64,000 nucleotides of DNA from Bacteroidia bacterium (GCA_040403495.1 JBBAKM010000005.1:23677-87676); one strand, 5' to 3'. Positions 19,661-29,921 are shown, numbered from the stretch's first letter. Notes: generated by a model not told the origin, from the letters alone. Translations and numbers: made by a program.

Positions 19661-19730
19661 TTTTAAGATTCAAACATCAACTTAAAGGTCACTTGATGTT
19701 AAGTTTTAGTAAAACTTAAGGGGTTGCTTT

Positions 19731-20855
19731 TTACTTCGATACCTCAATCAAAGCATTGCAAATATTTTCCCAAGAGAAAACGGCTTTATGAGCTTCGGCA
19801 TTTTTCGAGAAGGTTTCTTCTCTTTGCTGTTCGTAAAAGTCGTTTAATGCAGCAGCAATGTCTTCTTCTTTTTTACTGGTAACATAACCAACTACGCCAT
19901 TAGGGACTGTTTCCGCTAAGCCTCCTACATCTGTTACCAACATCGGTTTGTTAAAGTGATAAGCAATTTGTGTTACCCCACTTTGGGTCGCAGAATGGTA
20001 GGTTTGCACCACCATGTCTGAGGCGCAAAAATACTTGGATACTTCTGAGTTAGGGATAAATTCGTGATGCTTAACAATAGCTTCTTCTATGTTTAATGTT
20101 TTCATTAAATCAAAATATGGCTGACTGTCTTCGTAAAACTCTCCTGCAATAATTAACTTTACATTCTTGTCTTTCAATCCGCTTTTGGCAAAGGATTTCA
20201 ATAGTAAATCGAGCCCTTTATAGGCTCTTATAAACCCAAAAAACAACAAATAATGGAAGTTGGGGTCAAGGTTTAAAGCTAATTTCGCCTCTTTTTTATC
20301 AATCATTTCCCCAAAGTTATCGTACATAGGGTGAGGGATAAATTGCGATGGTTTCTCAGGGATTAATACTTTCAAATCGTTCAAAACAGACTGACTCATG
20401 GTGATGAATCCATCCATACTTTTTACGAAATAGTTGGTAAAAACACGGTCGTAAAAATGTTTTTCGTGTGGGTGAATATTGTCAGCAATGGCAACAACTT
20501 TGCTTGTCTTGTTCGACTTAATAATACGCGCAATAGTTCCCAAAACAGGCGCCATAAAAGGCATCCAATAACGGAAAACAACCAAGTCGGGAGCTGATTT
20601 TTTGTATTTCAATCCTACATTAATCCAATTCAATGGATTTATGGAATTCATGGCGCTGTTTATCGATGTATTTTCAGGAGCAGGGTCGCTGGAATACTGT
20701 GTTTTGCCTGGAAATAATACGGAAGGGTATTGTAATTTGAAACTCAGTATTTCACACTCATGGCCTTGGTCTTTGAATGCTTTGCACAATCTTTCATTAT
20801 ATGTGCTCAAACCGCCTCTGAGTGGCCATCCGGGACCAACTATTACAATTCTCAT
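19731..20855 (-). CDS. GT4-family (GT-B) glycosyltransferase
   Basis: It begins MRIVIVGPGWP and carries a C-terminal Glycos_transf_1-type segment LVTDVGGLAETVPNGVVGY. Confidence 0.8.
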   Translation of the reverse strand: MRIVIVGPGWPLRGGLSTYNERLCKAFKDQGHECEILSFKLQYPSVLFPGKTQYSSDPAPENTSINSAMNSINPLNWINVGLKYKKSAPDLVVFRYWMPFMAPVLGTIARIIKSNKTSKVVAIADNIHPHEKHFYDRVFTNYFVKSMDGFITMSQSVLNDLKVLIPEKPSQFIPHPMYDNFGEMIDKKEAKLALNLDPNFHYLLFFGFIRAYKGLDLLLKSFAKSGLKDKNVKLIIAGEFYEDSQPYFDLMKTLNIEEAIVKHHEFIPNSEVSKYFCASDMVVQTYHSATQSGVTQIAYHFNKPMLVTDVGGLAETVPNGVVGYVTSKKEEDIAAALNDFYEQQREETFSKNAEAHKAVFSWENICNALIEVSK

Positions 20856-20858
20856 GTC

Positions 20859-21815
20859 TTATAAATTGGTTTTTTCTGAGATAGAATACTTGTTTCTGTC
20901 TCCGCTATTTCTGCTTACTAATTCACCTAAAAAGCCAGCTAAAAATAACTGTGTGCCCAAAACCATAAACATTAATCCAATGTAAAACAATGGAGAGCTT
21001 GTCACTAAAGCCGCTCTTTCATTGATGATAATATGAATCAGTTTGTTAACCAATAAATAAAAGGCTATTAAAAAACCAACTATAAAACTCAATAAGCCAT
21101 ACAAGCCAAAAAAGTGCATCGGTTTTTTGCCGAATTTACCCATAAAGAAAATACTCAATAAGTCGAGCAATCCATTTACAAATCGGTTCAACCCAAATTT
21201 AGTAGTGCCATATTTTCTGGCTCTGTGTTCTACCACTTTTTCGCCAATTTTTTCAAATCCTTCCGATTTGGCAATAACAGGTATATAACGGTGCATTTCA
21301 CCATATACTTCTATGTTTTTAACCACCAAATGGCTGTATGCTTTCAATCCGCAGTTGAAGTCATTCAAATGGATGCCACTCATTTTTCTGGTTGCCCAAT
21401 TGAAAAGTTTGGTTGGAATCGTTTTGGTAAAAGGGTCGTAACGCTTTTTTTTCCAACCAGATATGAGGTCATATCCTTCGGTTTTTATTAAGCGGTATAA
21501 TTCAGGGATTTCATCGGGACTGTCTTGTAAATCGGCGTCCATCGTAATGATAACCTCGCCATTTGAGGCTTCAAAACCACTGTTTAATGCGGCAGATTTT
21601 CCAAAGTTGCGTCTGAAACGGATGCCTTTTACTGCCTTGTTTTCACTGCTTAATTGTTGGATAATTTCCCAACTATTGTCAGTGCTTCCATCATCAATAA
21701 AAATGACTTCATAGGTCAATTGATGGTGGTCAACTACTTTCTTTATCCATTGATACAACTCAGGTAAAGACTCTGCTTCGTTGAGCAAAGGAATAATTAT
21801 AGACAAATTAGTCAT
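20859..21815 (-). CDS. GT2 polyprenyl-phosphate glycosyltransferase (Dpm1/GtrB/ArnC-like)
   Basis: It carries LSIIIPLLNE, FIDDGSTDNS and TMDADLQDSPDE, plus two C-terminal TM helices. Confidence 0.85.
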   Translation of the reverse strand: MTNLSIIIPLLNEAESLPELYQWIKKVVDHHQLTYEVIFIDDGSTDNSWEIIQQLSSENKAVKGIRFRRNFGKSAALNSGFEASNGEVIITMDADLQDSPDEIPELYRLIKTEGYDLISGWKKKRYDPFTKTIPTKLFNWATRKMSGIHLNDFNCGLKAYSHLVVKNIEVYGEMHRYIPVIAKSEGFEKIGEKVVEHRARKYGTTKFGLNRFVNGLLDLLSIFFMGKFGKKPMHFFGLYGLLSFIVGFLIAFYLLVNKLIHIIINERAALVTSSPLFYIGLMFMVLGTQLFLAGFLGELVSRNSGDRNKYSISEKTNL

Positions 21816-22389
21816 GCTTGATTTCTTTTTTAAGGATGGCTGAAAGTATCAGGTTAATAATTGTTTGGATAATTACATTTGAGAAAAATCCAATAATAAC
21901 AATGCTGTTTAGGGTCATGAATTTTTTACTAATTTCTATAGTTTTAGCAATTTGTTCATCACTCATTTTTTGTTTTTTTAAGTCTGCTATTACTTTGTCC
22001 AACTGCTCTGACATTACAACGTCATAATCTATTACGAAGTTGAAATAAATAACTGTAAAAAGAGTAACAAAAACAGAAAGAATGAGGGTGTATTTGAATC
22101 CTAAATTAAAGCTTTGTTTAAAACTCATCCATCCATCTAAAAATTGTGTTCTGTAGCTTTTGAGTAAAGATTGCATAATCATAGTTGATATGGCAATAGA
22201 CAATAAGCCAATTAATAAACTAATGATTTTTCCGTTTTCTAATTCAGAGTCATTGACAAACTGATTGATTACCGTTACTATAATGTGTAAAAATAGTCCA
22301 ATTAAGGCAAATTTAAATGCATGGTTATAAATTGCCTTTTTATTAGGTTGATTTGGTGTAGCTAAATCTACAATTGTTGTGTTGTCCAT
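21808..22389 (-). CDS. Small multi-pass membrane protein (DUF4199-like)
   Basis: It has four hydrophobic helices and sits between the dihydroorotase-like gene and the GT2 gene, as I recall for many Bacteroidetes. It overlaps GT2 by 8 nt. Confidence 0.5.
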   Translation of the reverse strand: MDNTTIVDLATPNQPNKKAIYNHAFKFALIGLFLHIIVTVINQFVNDSELENGKIISLLIGLLSIAISTMIMQSLLKSYRTQFLDGWMSFKQSFNLGFKYTLILSVFVTLFTVIYFNFVIDYDVVMSEQLDKVIADLKKQKMSDEQIAKTIEISKKFMTLNSIVIIGFFSNVIIQTIINLILSAILKKEIKHD

Positions 22390-23675
22390 TATTGTTTGTT
22401 AAAGTATATTTGATTTTTAATGCAAGTCCCTTCTATAAAGTATGAAAGTGGCTTGTTTAAGTAATAGCTGTTCCAAGACAAAGATTGATTGTTTTTGCGG
22501 TCAATGATGGTTTGCTTGTGCGGATTTATAATGACAAATGAAGCCTCTTGATTGACCTCTATACAAGGTAATTCAATGTTTAATAGGTTACTAGGATTGA
22601 AGTTTAGCTTCTCAAAGAGTTGTTCATCACTCATTTGAGGGAAAAATCTGTTTCTGCCTTCTATCGCAATACCTAAAGCCATTTGTAAGGTAATAGCACC
22701 AAAAGAAGCATATTCAAACTCAAGTGCTTTTTTCTCGATTTCCAATGGATAATGGTCGGTGCATATTGCATTTATAGTACCGTCATAAAGGCCTTCCCAC
22801 AATGCCCTAACATCATTAGCATGTCTCAGTGGTGGTGTCAGTTTTAAGTTGCTGTCAAAGTCTGAAATGGCTTCATCGGTTAAGGCTAAATTCATAACCG
22901 CCACATCACAAGTTACTTTTATCCCTTGTAGTTTGGCTTGACGGATAAGTTCAACAGAACGTTCTGTTGATATTTTCGAAATATGAACACGGTGTTGGTG
23001 GTAATCGGCAAGTTCTATTTCTCGCTGAACCATTAAATATTCAGCATGTTGAGGGATGCCTTTTAGTCCTAAACTTAATGCAATAGTGCCTTCTGAAACA
23101 TAAGCGCCTTTTGACAATTGTTTTGAAACGCAAAAACTATAAATTAAACCGTTAAAGTTTTTGCTGTATAAAATAGCCTTACTCATAGTTCCACTGTTTT
23201 CAATCGGATTATTGCTGTTTGAAAAGGCTATGGCACCACTTTTTTTCATGTCATACATCTCCGATAAATCTTCTGATTGCATGTTTTGGGTAATGGTGCC
23301 CAATGGTAAAAAACGAACAGGGAATTTGTTGACTTGGTTCATTACAAATTCAATGTCTGACTTGGTGTTTCTTGGAGGGTTCGAGTTGGGTAATAAACAA
23401 AGGTGCGAAAATCCACCTGCTAAAGCGGTTTTGTTTAAAGACTCAAATGTGTCGCGGTGTTCATAGCCGGGTTCAGTGCTGTTGCATCTTAAATCAACAA
23501 AGGAAGAGGTGATGATACATTCCGAAAAATCATAAACTTTTTCAAATTGTTGTTCATCAATTGCCTGTCCGAAATCACTGATTTTGCCATCAATGACAGC
23601 CAAGTCGCCCGTCTGTCCGTTGAAAGGAGAGTGTATGTCGGCAACTGTAATATTTTTAAGCAGATAGCTTTGCAT
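22389..23675 (-). CDS. Dihydroorotase-like amidohydrolase with degenerate metal/catalytic motifs (PyrC'-type)
   Basis: The DHOase-like backbone is present: PPLRHANDV, TDHYP and ISTERSVELIRQAK. The HxH motif is replaced (VDLRCNSTEPG), and EVTPHH is replaced by CDVAVMN. Confidence 0.7.
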   Translation of the reverse strand: MQSYLLKNITVADIHSPFNGQTGDLAVIDGKISDFGQAIDEQQFEKVYDFSECIITSSFVDLRCNSTEPGYEHRDTFESLNKTALAGGFSHLCLLPNSNPPRNTKSDIEFVMNQVNKFPVRFLPLGTITQNMQSEDLSEMYDMKKSGAIAFSNSNNPIENSGTMSKAILYSKNFNGLIYSFCVSKQLSKGAYVSEGTIALSLGLKGIPQHAEYLMVQREIELADYHQHRVHISKISTERSVELIRQAKLQGIKVTCDVAVMNLALTDEAISDFDSNLKLTPPLRHANDVRALWEGLYDGTINAICTDHYPLEIEKKALEFEYASFGAITLQMALGIAIEGRNRFFPQMSDEQLFEKLNFNPSNLLNIELPCIEVNQEASFVIINPHKQTIIDRKNNQSLSWNSYYLNKPLSYFIEGTCIKNQIYFNKQ

Positions 23676-25686
23676 GTGGTTTAAAAAAACGAATCAAAAG
23701 TATTTCAATTAATAAAAATAACAAAACAAAAGTAATACACCATTTCCAAAGTTGTTGTCCCTTTTTAATATTTTTAAAATTGGAGTTGAATGATTCTACA
23801 GTTTGGTCGATATATTCTATGTTGTTGTCTTTGCAAAATGTTTCCATTTCATTGGATTCAATGGTTCTGGTGTCGCTCTCACTTCGGTCGTAATTAAAGG
23901 ATAAATAAGCGCGAATGCTGTCACTGTTTTTGTTCTTTAATTGGTAATGTCCAGCTTGAGTTAGTTCGTATAAGTCGGTTAAATACAACTCATTGTCCTT
24001 GTTTAAAATCCCCGGAACAATTTGCTCTTTGGGATTTACCAATACTAAATCTTTGTCCGACTGATAGGGCAATCCCGTTGAAATAGGCTCCATTTGCCCA
24101 ATTTGATGGTAAAGGCTCGATTTTAACTGATTTAACAGTCCCATTTTTATCATCAAAGGCACAAACAATGCATGGTTTTGTAAATTTGAATAGGTTGCGT
24201 TCAGTGGAACCGAAAATACAAATAAATGTCCTTTTTTTACAGGAATATCCTGAAGGAAAATGGAACCGTCTTCCAAAGAAGCTATCGTAATGCCTTGTTG
24301 TATCTGCAATGGATATTTCTTTTGTGTGATGGGATAATCGGGCTGCTTGTTTTTTTTCTCAAAAATGTCTTTGATGATAGGATGCAGCTCATCCAATTGT
24401 TTCATTTTTAAAGGGGTTTCTATTGCTTTTTCGCCAATGTTAACGCCATAAGTTGAAAGTGTGTTTTTTAAACCACCATAAGGTTCTGAAGCATGCGGAA
24501 AAATAACCACATTGCCTCCGTTTTTTAGGTATTGGTCTAACTCGCTTAGCAAGCCTGACATCATTTCTTTGGGTTCATTGATGACAATAAGTGAACTGTT
24601 TTTGAAATTGCTGTAATTGATATTGCTATAGGTGTTGTGCTGTATTGCAAAACCCGGATTGTCCTGAAAAATAGCGTCAACAAATGGGTTGATGGTTTCA
24701 GAAATACATACGATTTGATGCTGTTCTTTGATGTAAAAATTAAAAAATAATTGGTCGTCGGTAGGAATTAAATCACCCCCAAGTTTTAGTTCGCAGGTGT
24801 GTAAACCGCTGTTTTCAAGCGTAAATTGAATGGTTGTTGTGCTTTTGTCAAACGATGAAATGTTAAAATTAGAAATTCCCTTTGGTTGCCCATTTATCAT
24901 TAATTCTAAGTTTAAATCTTCATAATCATTGTCAGAATAATTGCTGATTTGGACGTTCAATAAAATAGTTTCATTTTTTTGAATAACAGGGGAGCTTAAC
25001 CAGCAAGTGTCAATAGATAAATTGTCAACAATAGGCCCATTTACTTTAATGAATTGACAAACAATACTGCTGTCCAAATGCCTTTCGGTAACATAATTTT
25101 TGCTTTTTTGGAAGTCGGAAATTACATAACTCCTTTTGTCGCCATTTTCTTGATTTACAAGTCTATTTTGGAGTTTAAGTAAATCGCTCAGAGGGAAACT
25201 TTGCGACTGTGGACTTATTTTGTCGAGCGCCTCTAAAGCATCTTCCTTGTTTACAAAGTGCAGCAATGCAGGGTCTTGATTACTAGTAATAAATTGTATT
25301 CTATCAAGTTTATTGCTTTGCTCCACAATGATACGTGCTCTGTTTTTTGCAGCTTCAAACATCAAACCCTCAGCACCAGTTTGATTCATGCTAAAACTAT
25401 TGTCAATAATAATGCTGATAAAACTACCACTCTCGCTCACTTTGTTCTTGATAAGTATAGGTTGCGCAAAAGCAAATATTAAGAAAGTAAGTGCTAACAA
25501 ACGTGCAGACAGTATCAAATAACGTCTCAGTTGACTTCCGCTTTTAGTTTCAGAACTGACTTGTTTTAGAAATTTAAGATTGGTAAATAGTATTTTTTTG
25601 TAACGTCTAAAGTTAAACAAATGAATAATAATTGGAATAGCCAATAAAAACAATGCCCACAAAAATTGAGGATATAACCACGTCAT
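23656..25686 (-). CDS. BatA-type protein with an N-terminal double-transmembrane domain
   Basis: The N-terminus is MTWLYPQFLWALFLLAIPIIIHLFNFRRYKKILFTNLKFL, and there is a C-terminal TM helix. Confidence 0.7.
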   Translation of the reverse strand: MTWLYPQFLWALFLLAIPIIIHLFNFRRYKKILFTNLKFLKQVSSETKSGSQLRRYLILSARLLALTFLIFAFAQPILIKNKVSESGSFISIIIDNSFSMNQTGAEGLMFEAAKNRARIIVEQSNKLDRIQFITSNQDPALLHFVNKEDALEALDKISPQSQSFPLSDLLKLQNRLVNQENGDKRSYVISDFQKSKNYVTERHLDSSIVCQFIKVNGPIVDNLSIDTCWLSSPVIQKNETILLNVQISNYSDNDYEDLNLELMINGQPKGISNFNISSFDKSTTTIQFTLENSGLHTCELKLGGDLIPTDDQLFFNFYIKEQHQIVCISETINPFVDAIFQDNPGFAIQHNTYSNINYSNFKNSSLIVINEPKEMMSGLLSELDQYLKNGGNVVIFPHASEPYGGLKNTLSTYGVNIGEKAIETPLKMKQLDELHPIIKDIFEKKNKQPDYPITQKKYPLQIQQGITIASLEDGSIFLQDIPVKKGHLFVFSVPLNATYSNLQNHALFVPLMIKMGLLNQLKSSLYHQIGQMEPISTGLPYQSDKDLVLVNPKEQIVPGILNKDNELYLTDLYELTQAGHYQLKNKNSDSIRAYLSFNYDRSESDTRTIESNEMETFCKDNNIEYIDQTVESFNSNFKNIKKGQQLWKWCITFVLLFLLIEILLIRFFKPHAKLSA

Positions 25687-25870
25687 ACTATATGGGCAAA
25701 CTTACAAAAAAAATGTCAATGTTTTAGTCATCAAAGTTAACAGAACATTTAAGCTGTTTTTTTAAAAACTGTTTAATGTTTTACCCCGTTTTAGAATAAT
25801 TGATTAAAGAATAATTAATTTATATAACATGAATTGATTACTTAATGTGCCCTATTTTGTCATTTTAACA

Positions 25871-25910
25871 TCACCGTAATGTCACCGTAATGTCATGTTA
25901 ATGTCATTTG
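25871..25910 (+). promoter_or_regulatory. Three to four phased 11-bp direct repeats (TCACCGTAATG x2, TCATGTTAATG, TCATTTGAAT)
   Basis: The tandem repeats are read directly from the sequence. The 11-bp period equals one helical turn. They lie ~140-180 nt upstream of the FAS1 gene in a 364-bp divergent intergenic region. Confidence 0.4.
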
Positions 25911-26050
25911 AATTTTTTTGTTTAAACTTTAAGTAAATGAATTTCAGTTATTTGTAAAAAAGTTGTGTCAAATTTTAATTTTTGTTGAAACAAAATTAAA
26001 CAAACGATTGTATTTAATCGTGACATAAATACCATTAATATATACAAAAT

Positions 26051-28048
26051 ATGATTATTAAAAAAACCAAAAAAAACCTAATCAAAAAAACTAAACAAGT
26101 TTTTTTAATCCTTGCTGTTTTCTTTACAGCTAACCTAAGTGCACAAACCAATGTATACGACGATGTCATTGCAACCAGTGCTAATCACACCTATCTTAAA
26201 GCGGCTATTGACCAACAAAATCTTCAGTCTGCTCTCCGTGATCCCAATGCAAACCTAACCGTTTTTGCGCCAACAAATGCTGCTTTTGATAATTTAGCGG
26301 CTGCCCTAAATACCGATATCCCAGGTATTTTAGCCCTTTCTAACTTAACTGACGTTTTATTGTATCACGTTTTAGGTATTACTGTTCCTAGCGATAGTAT
26401 CCAAAACGGTCAAATCGTTACACCTTTGAATAATGATAACACTCTTAAGTTAACAAAAACAACAACCGGTAGTGTGTTTATTAATCACGCCTCTGTTTCT
26501 ACTGCTAACTTAAACACTGACAACGGAATTGTTCATGTTTTGGACGCTGTTTTGTTGCCAAGTACAACTGTAGTGGATATCGCTTTGGGTGACCAAACCA
26601 ATTTTTCTATTTTAACCAGCGCGGTTGTAAAAGCAGAATTATTACCTGCCCTAACTAACCCGTTGTCTAAACTAACCGTATTTGCCCCAACCAACACGGC
26701 TTTTGCTAATGCACTTACTTCTTTGGGTATCTCAGCCAATGATTTATTGAATTCTCCAGCTTTAGCGGATATTTTAACTTACCACGTTTTGGGAACTTCT
26801 GTTTTAAGCGACAGTATCAAAAATGGTCAAGTTGTTACGCCTCTTAACTCTGATAATACTTTAAAACTAACTAAAACTTCAACAGGTGACGTATTTGTCA
26901 ATCAAGCAAAAGTTACTGCTGCCAACGTAGCTGCTGACAATGGTTTAGTTCACGTATTGAATGCAGTTGTATTGCCTAATGAAACTGTTGTTGACATCGC
27001 ATTGGACGACCAAACTAATTTTTCTATCTTAACAACTGCTGTTGTAAAAGCGGAATTATTGCCTGTATTAACCAATCCATTTGCAAAACTAACTGTTTTT
27101 GCGCCAACTAATACTGCATTTGTAAATGCTTTAGATGCTCTTGATCTTACAGCAGATGAACTTCTTAACTCTCCTGAATTGGCTGATATTTTAACTTACC
27201 ACGTTTTGGCTACTGAAGTTGCAAGTGCAAATATCACAAACGGTCAAATAGTTACGCCTGTAAATAATGAAAATACACTTAAATTAACCAAAACTTCTAA
27301 TGGAAGTGTTTATGTGAATCAAGCCATGGTAACTACAGCCAATGTTTCTGCAGAAAACGGAATTGTTCACGTATTAAATGCAGTTGTTTTGCCAGCTGAA
27401 ACTGTTGTTGATATCGCTTTGGGTGACCAAACTAATTTCTCTACTTTAACTGCTGCTGTTGTAAAAGCTGAATTATTGCCTGCTTTAACGGATCCTTTTG
27501 CAACTTACACTGTTTTTGCGCCAACTAATACTGCTTTCAATAATTTAGCAACGGCTTTAAATACTGACTTAAATGGTATCTTAGCTTTGCCTAATTTAAC
27601 AGATGTGTTGTTGTACCACGTTCTAGGTGACGATGTTCTTTCTACTGAGTTAACCGCAGGTCCTGTAACGGCGTTAAACAACAAAACCTTAACTGTAACT
27701 GTAAGCCCAAGTGTTAAAATAAATGATGCAGATGTAACAACTGCTGATGTTGTTGCTGACAATGGTGTTGTTCACGTTATTAACAAAGTGTTAGTGCCTG
27801 CTGCTACTAATGTTAATTCTTTGGCAATCAAACAAATCAATGTATTCCCTAATCCTGCTAATGCTACTTTGAGCATCGGTGGATTTAGTAATGATAATTT
27901 CGAAATTGTAAACATGTATGGTGCTACTGTTTTAAAAGGCACTATGAACAATGGAACTATTTCTATTGATCAATTAGCCCAAGGTACTTACTCTTTAAAA
28001 GTTTCTCAATCTGACTCATTGTTTATTGGTAATTTTATAAAATTGTAG
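26051..28048 (+). CDS. Four-fasciclin (FAS1)-domain secreted protein with a T9SS C-terminal sorting domain
   Basis: There are four ~140-aa repeats containing TVFAPTNxAF and NGxVHVLxAVLLP. The CTD is VFPNPANATLSI...GTYSLKV. Confidence 0.9.
   Translation: MIIKKTKKNLIKKTKQVFLILAVFFTANLSAQTNVYDDVIATSANHTYLKAAIDQQNLQSALRDPNANLTVFAPTNAAFDNLAAALNTDIPGILALSNLTDVLLYHVLGITVPSDSIQNGQIVTPLNNDNTLKLTKTTTGSVFINHASVSTANLNTDNGIVHVLDAVLLPSTTVVDIALGDQTNFSILTSAVVKAELLPALTNPLSKLTVFAPTNTAFANALTSLGISANDLLNSPALADILTYHVLGTSVLSDSIKNGQVVTPLNSDNTLKLTKTSTGDVFVNQAKVTAANVAADNGLVHVLNAVVLPNETVVDIALDDQTNFSILTTAVVKAELLPVLTNPFAKLTVFAPTNTAFVNALDALDLTADELLNSPELADILTYHVLATEVASANITNGQIVTPVNNENTLKLTKTSNGSVYVNQAMVTTANVSAENGIVHVLNAVVLPAETVVDIALGDQTNFSTLTAAVVKAELLPALTDPFATYTVFAPTNTAFNNLATALNTDLNGILALPNLTDVLLYHVLGDDVLSTELTAGPVTALNNKTLTVTVSPSVKINDADVTTADVVADNGVVHVINKVLVPAATNVNSLAIKQINVFPNPANATLSIGGFSNDNFEIVNMYGATVLKGTMNNGTISIDQLAQGTYSLKVSQSDSLFIGNFIKL
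26147..27805 (+). repeat. Intragenic ~420-bp tandem repeats (4 FAS1 units)
   Basis: Near-identical DNA blocks occur at roughly 26570, 26990 and 27410 (GTxGAxATCGCxTTGGxxGACCAAACxAATTT...). Confidence 0.85.
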
Positions 28049-28069
28049 TTTTTTTTCTTTTGATTATCA

Positions 28070-28102
28070 AAGCCCAACTTCTTTAAAGTTGGGCTTTTTT
28101 TT
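28070..28102 (+). terminator. Rho-independent terminator
   Basis: AGCCCAACT (28071-28079) pairs with AGTTGGGCT (28087-28095), followed by a T8 run. Confidence 0.7.
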
Positions 28103-28244
28103 GAAATTAGATTTTTAAAAGGCGCTTTTCTAAGATCGAAATATGTGTTTTTATTTTTCCTAAAGGTTTTATGTTAAGCGCCATGTTTCTTGTTGTTTTT
28201 GTAAAATTTTAGCACTTTTTTGTCTGTTAAATAGATAAAAAACG

Positions 28245-28252
28245 TAAGTTTG
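28245..28252 (+). promoter_or_regulatory. Candidate -7 box TAAGTTTG, with TTTG at 28219-28222 as a -33 element
   Basis: It matches TAnnTTTG, lies 27 nt upstream of the fumC ATG and is spaced 22 nt from an upstream TTTG. Confidence 0.35.
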
Positions 28253-28278
28253 TAGCCATATAAAAAGTTTATTCAGAT

Positions 28279-29694
28279 ATGTCAAATACAGATTTCAGAA
28301 TTGAAAAAGACACAATGGGAGAGGTTAAAGTACCATCGCATGTGTATTGGGGAGCACAAACACAACGTTCGTTAGAGAATTTTAAAATTGGTAACCAAAA
28401 AATGCCAATTGAAATAATAAGAGCTTTTGCTATTTTGAAAAAAGCCGCAGCTATTACTAATAATAAATTAGGGGTTTTATCTCTTACTAAGTGTGATTTA
28501 ATTTGCTCAGTTTGTGATGAGATATTAGAAGGTAAATTAGACGATCAGTTTCCTTTGGTAATATGGCAAACAGGAAGTGGAACTCAAAGTAATATGAACG
28601 TGAATGAGGTTATTGCCAACCGTGCACACGTTATCAATGGTGGTTCTTTGTTGGATGAAAACAAAGTGTTGCATCCTAACGATGATGTAAATAAGTCGCA
28701 AAGTAGCAATGATACTTTCCCAACTGCCATGAGTATTGCTGCCTACAAGCAAGTAATAGATTATACCATTCCGGGAATTCAATCGCTTAAAACGACCTTA
28801 AAACACAAGTCAAGAGGCTTTAAAAATATCATTAAAATAGGAAGAACCCATTTTATGGACGCAACGCCTGTAACTCTTGGGCAAGAATTTTCGGGCTATG
28901 TTCAACAATTGAAAAATGGTGTTGACGCTATCAACAGAAGTTTGGTGCCTGCAAGCGAAATTGCATTGGGTGGAACAGCCGTTGGAACAGGAATTAATAC
29001 TCCTAAAGGTTACTCAGAATTGGTGGCCAAAACGATTGCTGAATTGTCTGGATTGCCTATTGTTTCTGCGCCAAACAAATTTGAGGCTTTAGCAGCTCAC
29101 GATGCAATGGTTGAACTACATGGTTCCCTGAAAAGAGTGGCGGTAAGTTTAATGAAAATTGGGAATGACATTAGAATGTTAAGCAGTGGTCCAAGAAGTG
29201 GAATAGGTGAAATTTTAATTCCAGACAATGAGCCAGGAAGTAGTATCATGCCAGGTAAGGTAAATCCAACACAATGTGAAGCATTAACAATGGTGTGTGC
29301 CCAAGTAATGGGTAACGATGTTGCAGTTACAATAGGAGGTTCAAATGGTCATTTTGAATTGAATGTTTTCAAACCGCTTATAGCATCCAATGTATTACAA
29401 TCAGCACGTTTATTGGGAGAAGCAGCTTTGAGTTTTGATATAAATTGTGCCAGTGGTATAGAACCTAATTTGGCTGAAATTAAAAATAAATTAGAAAATT
29501 CATTGATGTTAGTTACCGCATTAAATACGCACATTGGGTATGAGAATGCGGCTAAAATCGCTAAAAAAGCACACAAAGAAAATACTACTTTAAGACAAGC
29601 CGCTATCGGCCTTGGATTGCTAACAAATGAACAGTTTGATGAATGGGTAAAACCCGAAAATATGATTGGTAATCCTGATGAAGTAATTTCATAA
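28279..29694 (+). CDS. fumC: Class II fumarate hydratase
   Basis: It carries the lyase-1 signature [15 protein letters not shown], plus [16 protein letters not shown] and the N-terminal [14 protein letters not shown]. Confidence 0.95.
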   Translation: MSNTDFRIEKDTMGEVKVPSHVYWGAQTQRSLENFKIGNQKMPIEIIRAFAILKKAAAITNNKLGVLSLTKCDLICSVCDEILEGKLDDQFPLVIWQTGSGTQSNMNVNEVIANRAHVINGGSLLDENKVLHPNDDVNKSQSSNDTFPTAMSIAAYKQVIDYTIPGIQSLKTTLKHKSRGFKNIIKIGRTHFMDATPVTLGQEFSGYVQQLKNGVDAINRSLVPASEIALGGTAVGTGINTPKGYSELVAKTIAELSGLPIVSAPNKFEALAAHDAMVELHGSLKRVAVSLMKIGNDIRMLSSGPRSGIGEILIPDNEPGSSIMPGKVNPTQCEALTMVCAQVMGNDVAVTIGGSNGHFELNVFKPLIASNVLQSARLLGEAALSFDINCASGIEPNLAEIKNKLENSLMLVTALNTHIGYENAAKIAKKAHKENTTLRQAAIGLGLLTNEQFDEWVKPENMIGNPDEVIS

Positions 29695-29713
29695 TTCTAA
29701 AAAAAAATATCAA

Positions 29714-29751
29714 TAAAAAATCCCGCTTTGAATAAAAGAGGGTTTTTTTTT
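29714..29751. terminator. fumC terminator hairpin, imperfect copy (T1) of a thrice-repeated hairpin
   Basis: ATCCCGCTTT-GAATA-AAAGAGGGTT has two stem mismatches and is flanked by A and T runs. Confidence 0.5.
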
Positions 29752-29809
29752 GATTCACTATTGTTTTGAAATTTGTTTACCGTTTTTTTGAAATCGTTTT
29801 TTATTTTCA

Positions 29810-29921
29810 CCGTTCTCGCTCGTATCTTGCGAGTGAGTGTGTAAACCGACTCAGGCGTTATTAATAGTTTTTTTCCTGTGGTTGGTGTTGCGCCATGAAT
29901 GAGCGTTTGGGCACCAACCAC
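29810..29921 (+). repeat. Repeat element R1: conserved segment S followed by hairpin H
   Basis: S is CCGTTCTCGCTCGTATCTTGCGAGTGA... H is GTGGTTGGTG (29878-29887), a 24-nt loop, then CACCAACCAC (29912-29921). Confidence 0.75.

Noticed and set aside
25871-25910. The tandem 11-bp repeats as a CRISPR array or minisatellite.
   Set aside because: The units are contiguous with no spacers, there are only 3-4 copies, and the array is far too short. It fits a protein-binding array better.
26051-26100. A8/A8/A7 homopolymer runs in the first 17 codons of the FAS1 gene as slipped-strand phase-variation tracts.
   Set aside because: They encode the Lys-rich n-region of the signal peptide (IKKTKKNLIKKTK) in an AT-rich genome, and the tracts are short. 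There is no evidence of variation from a single sequence.
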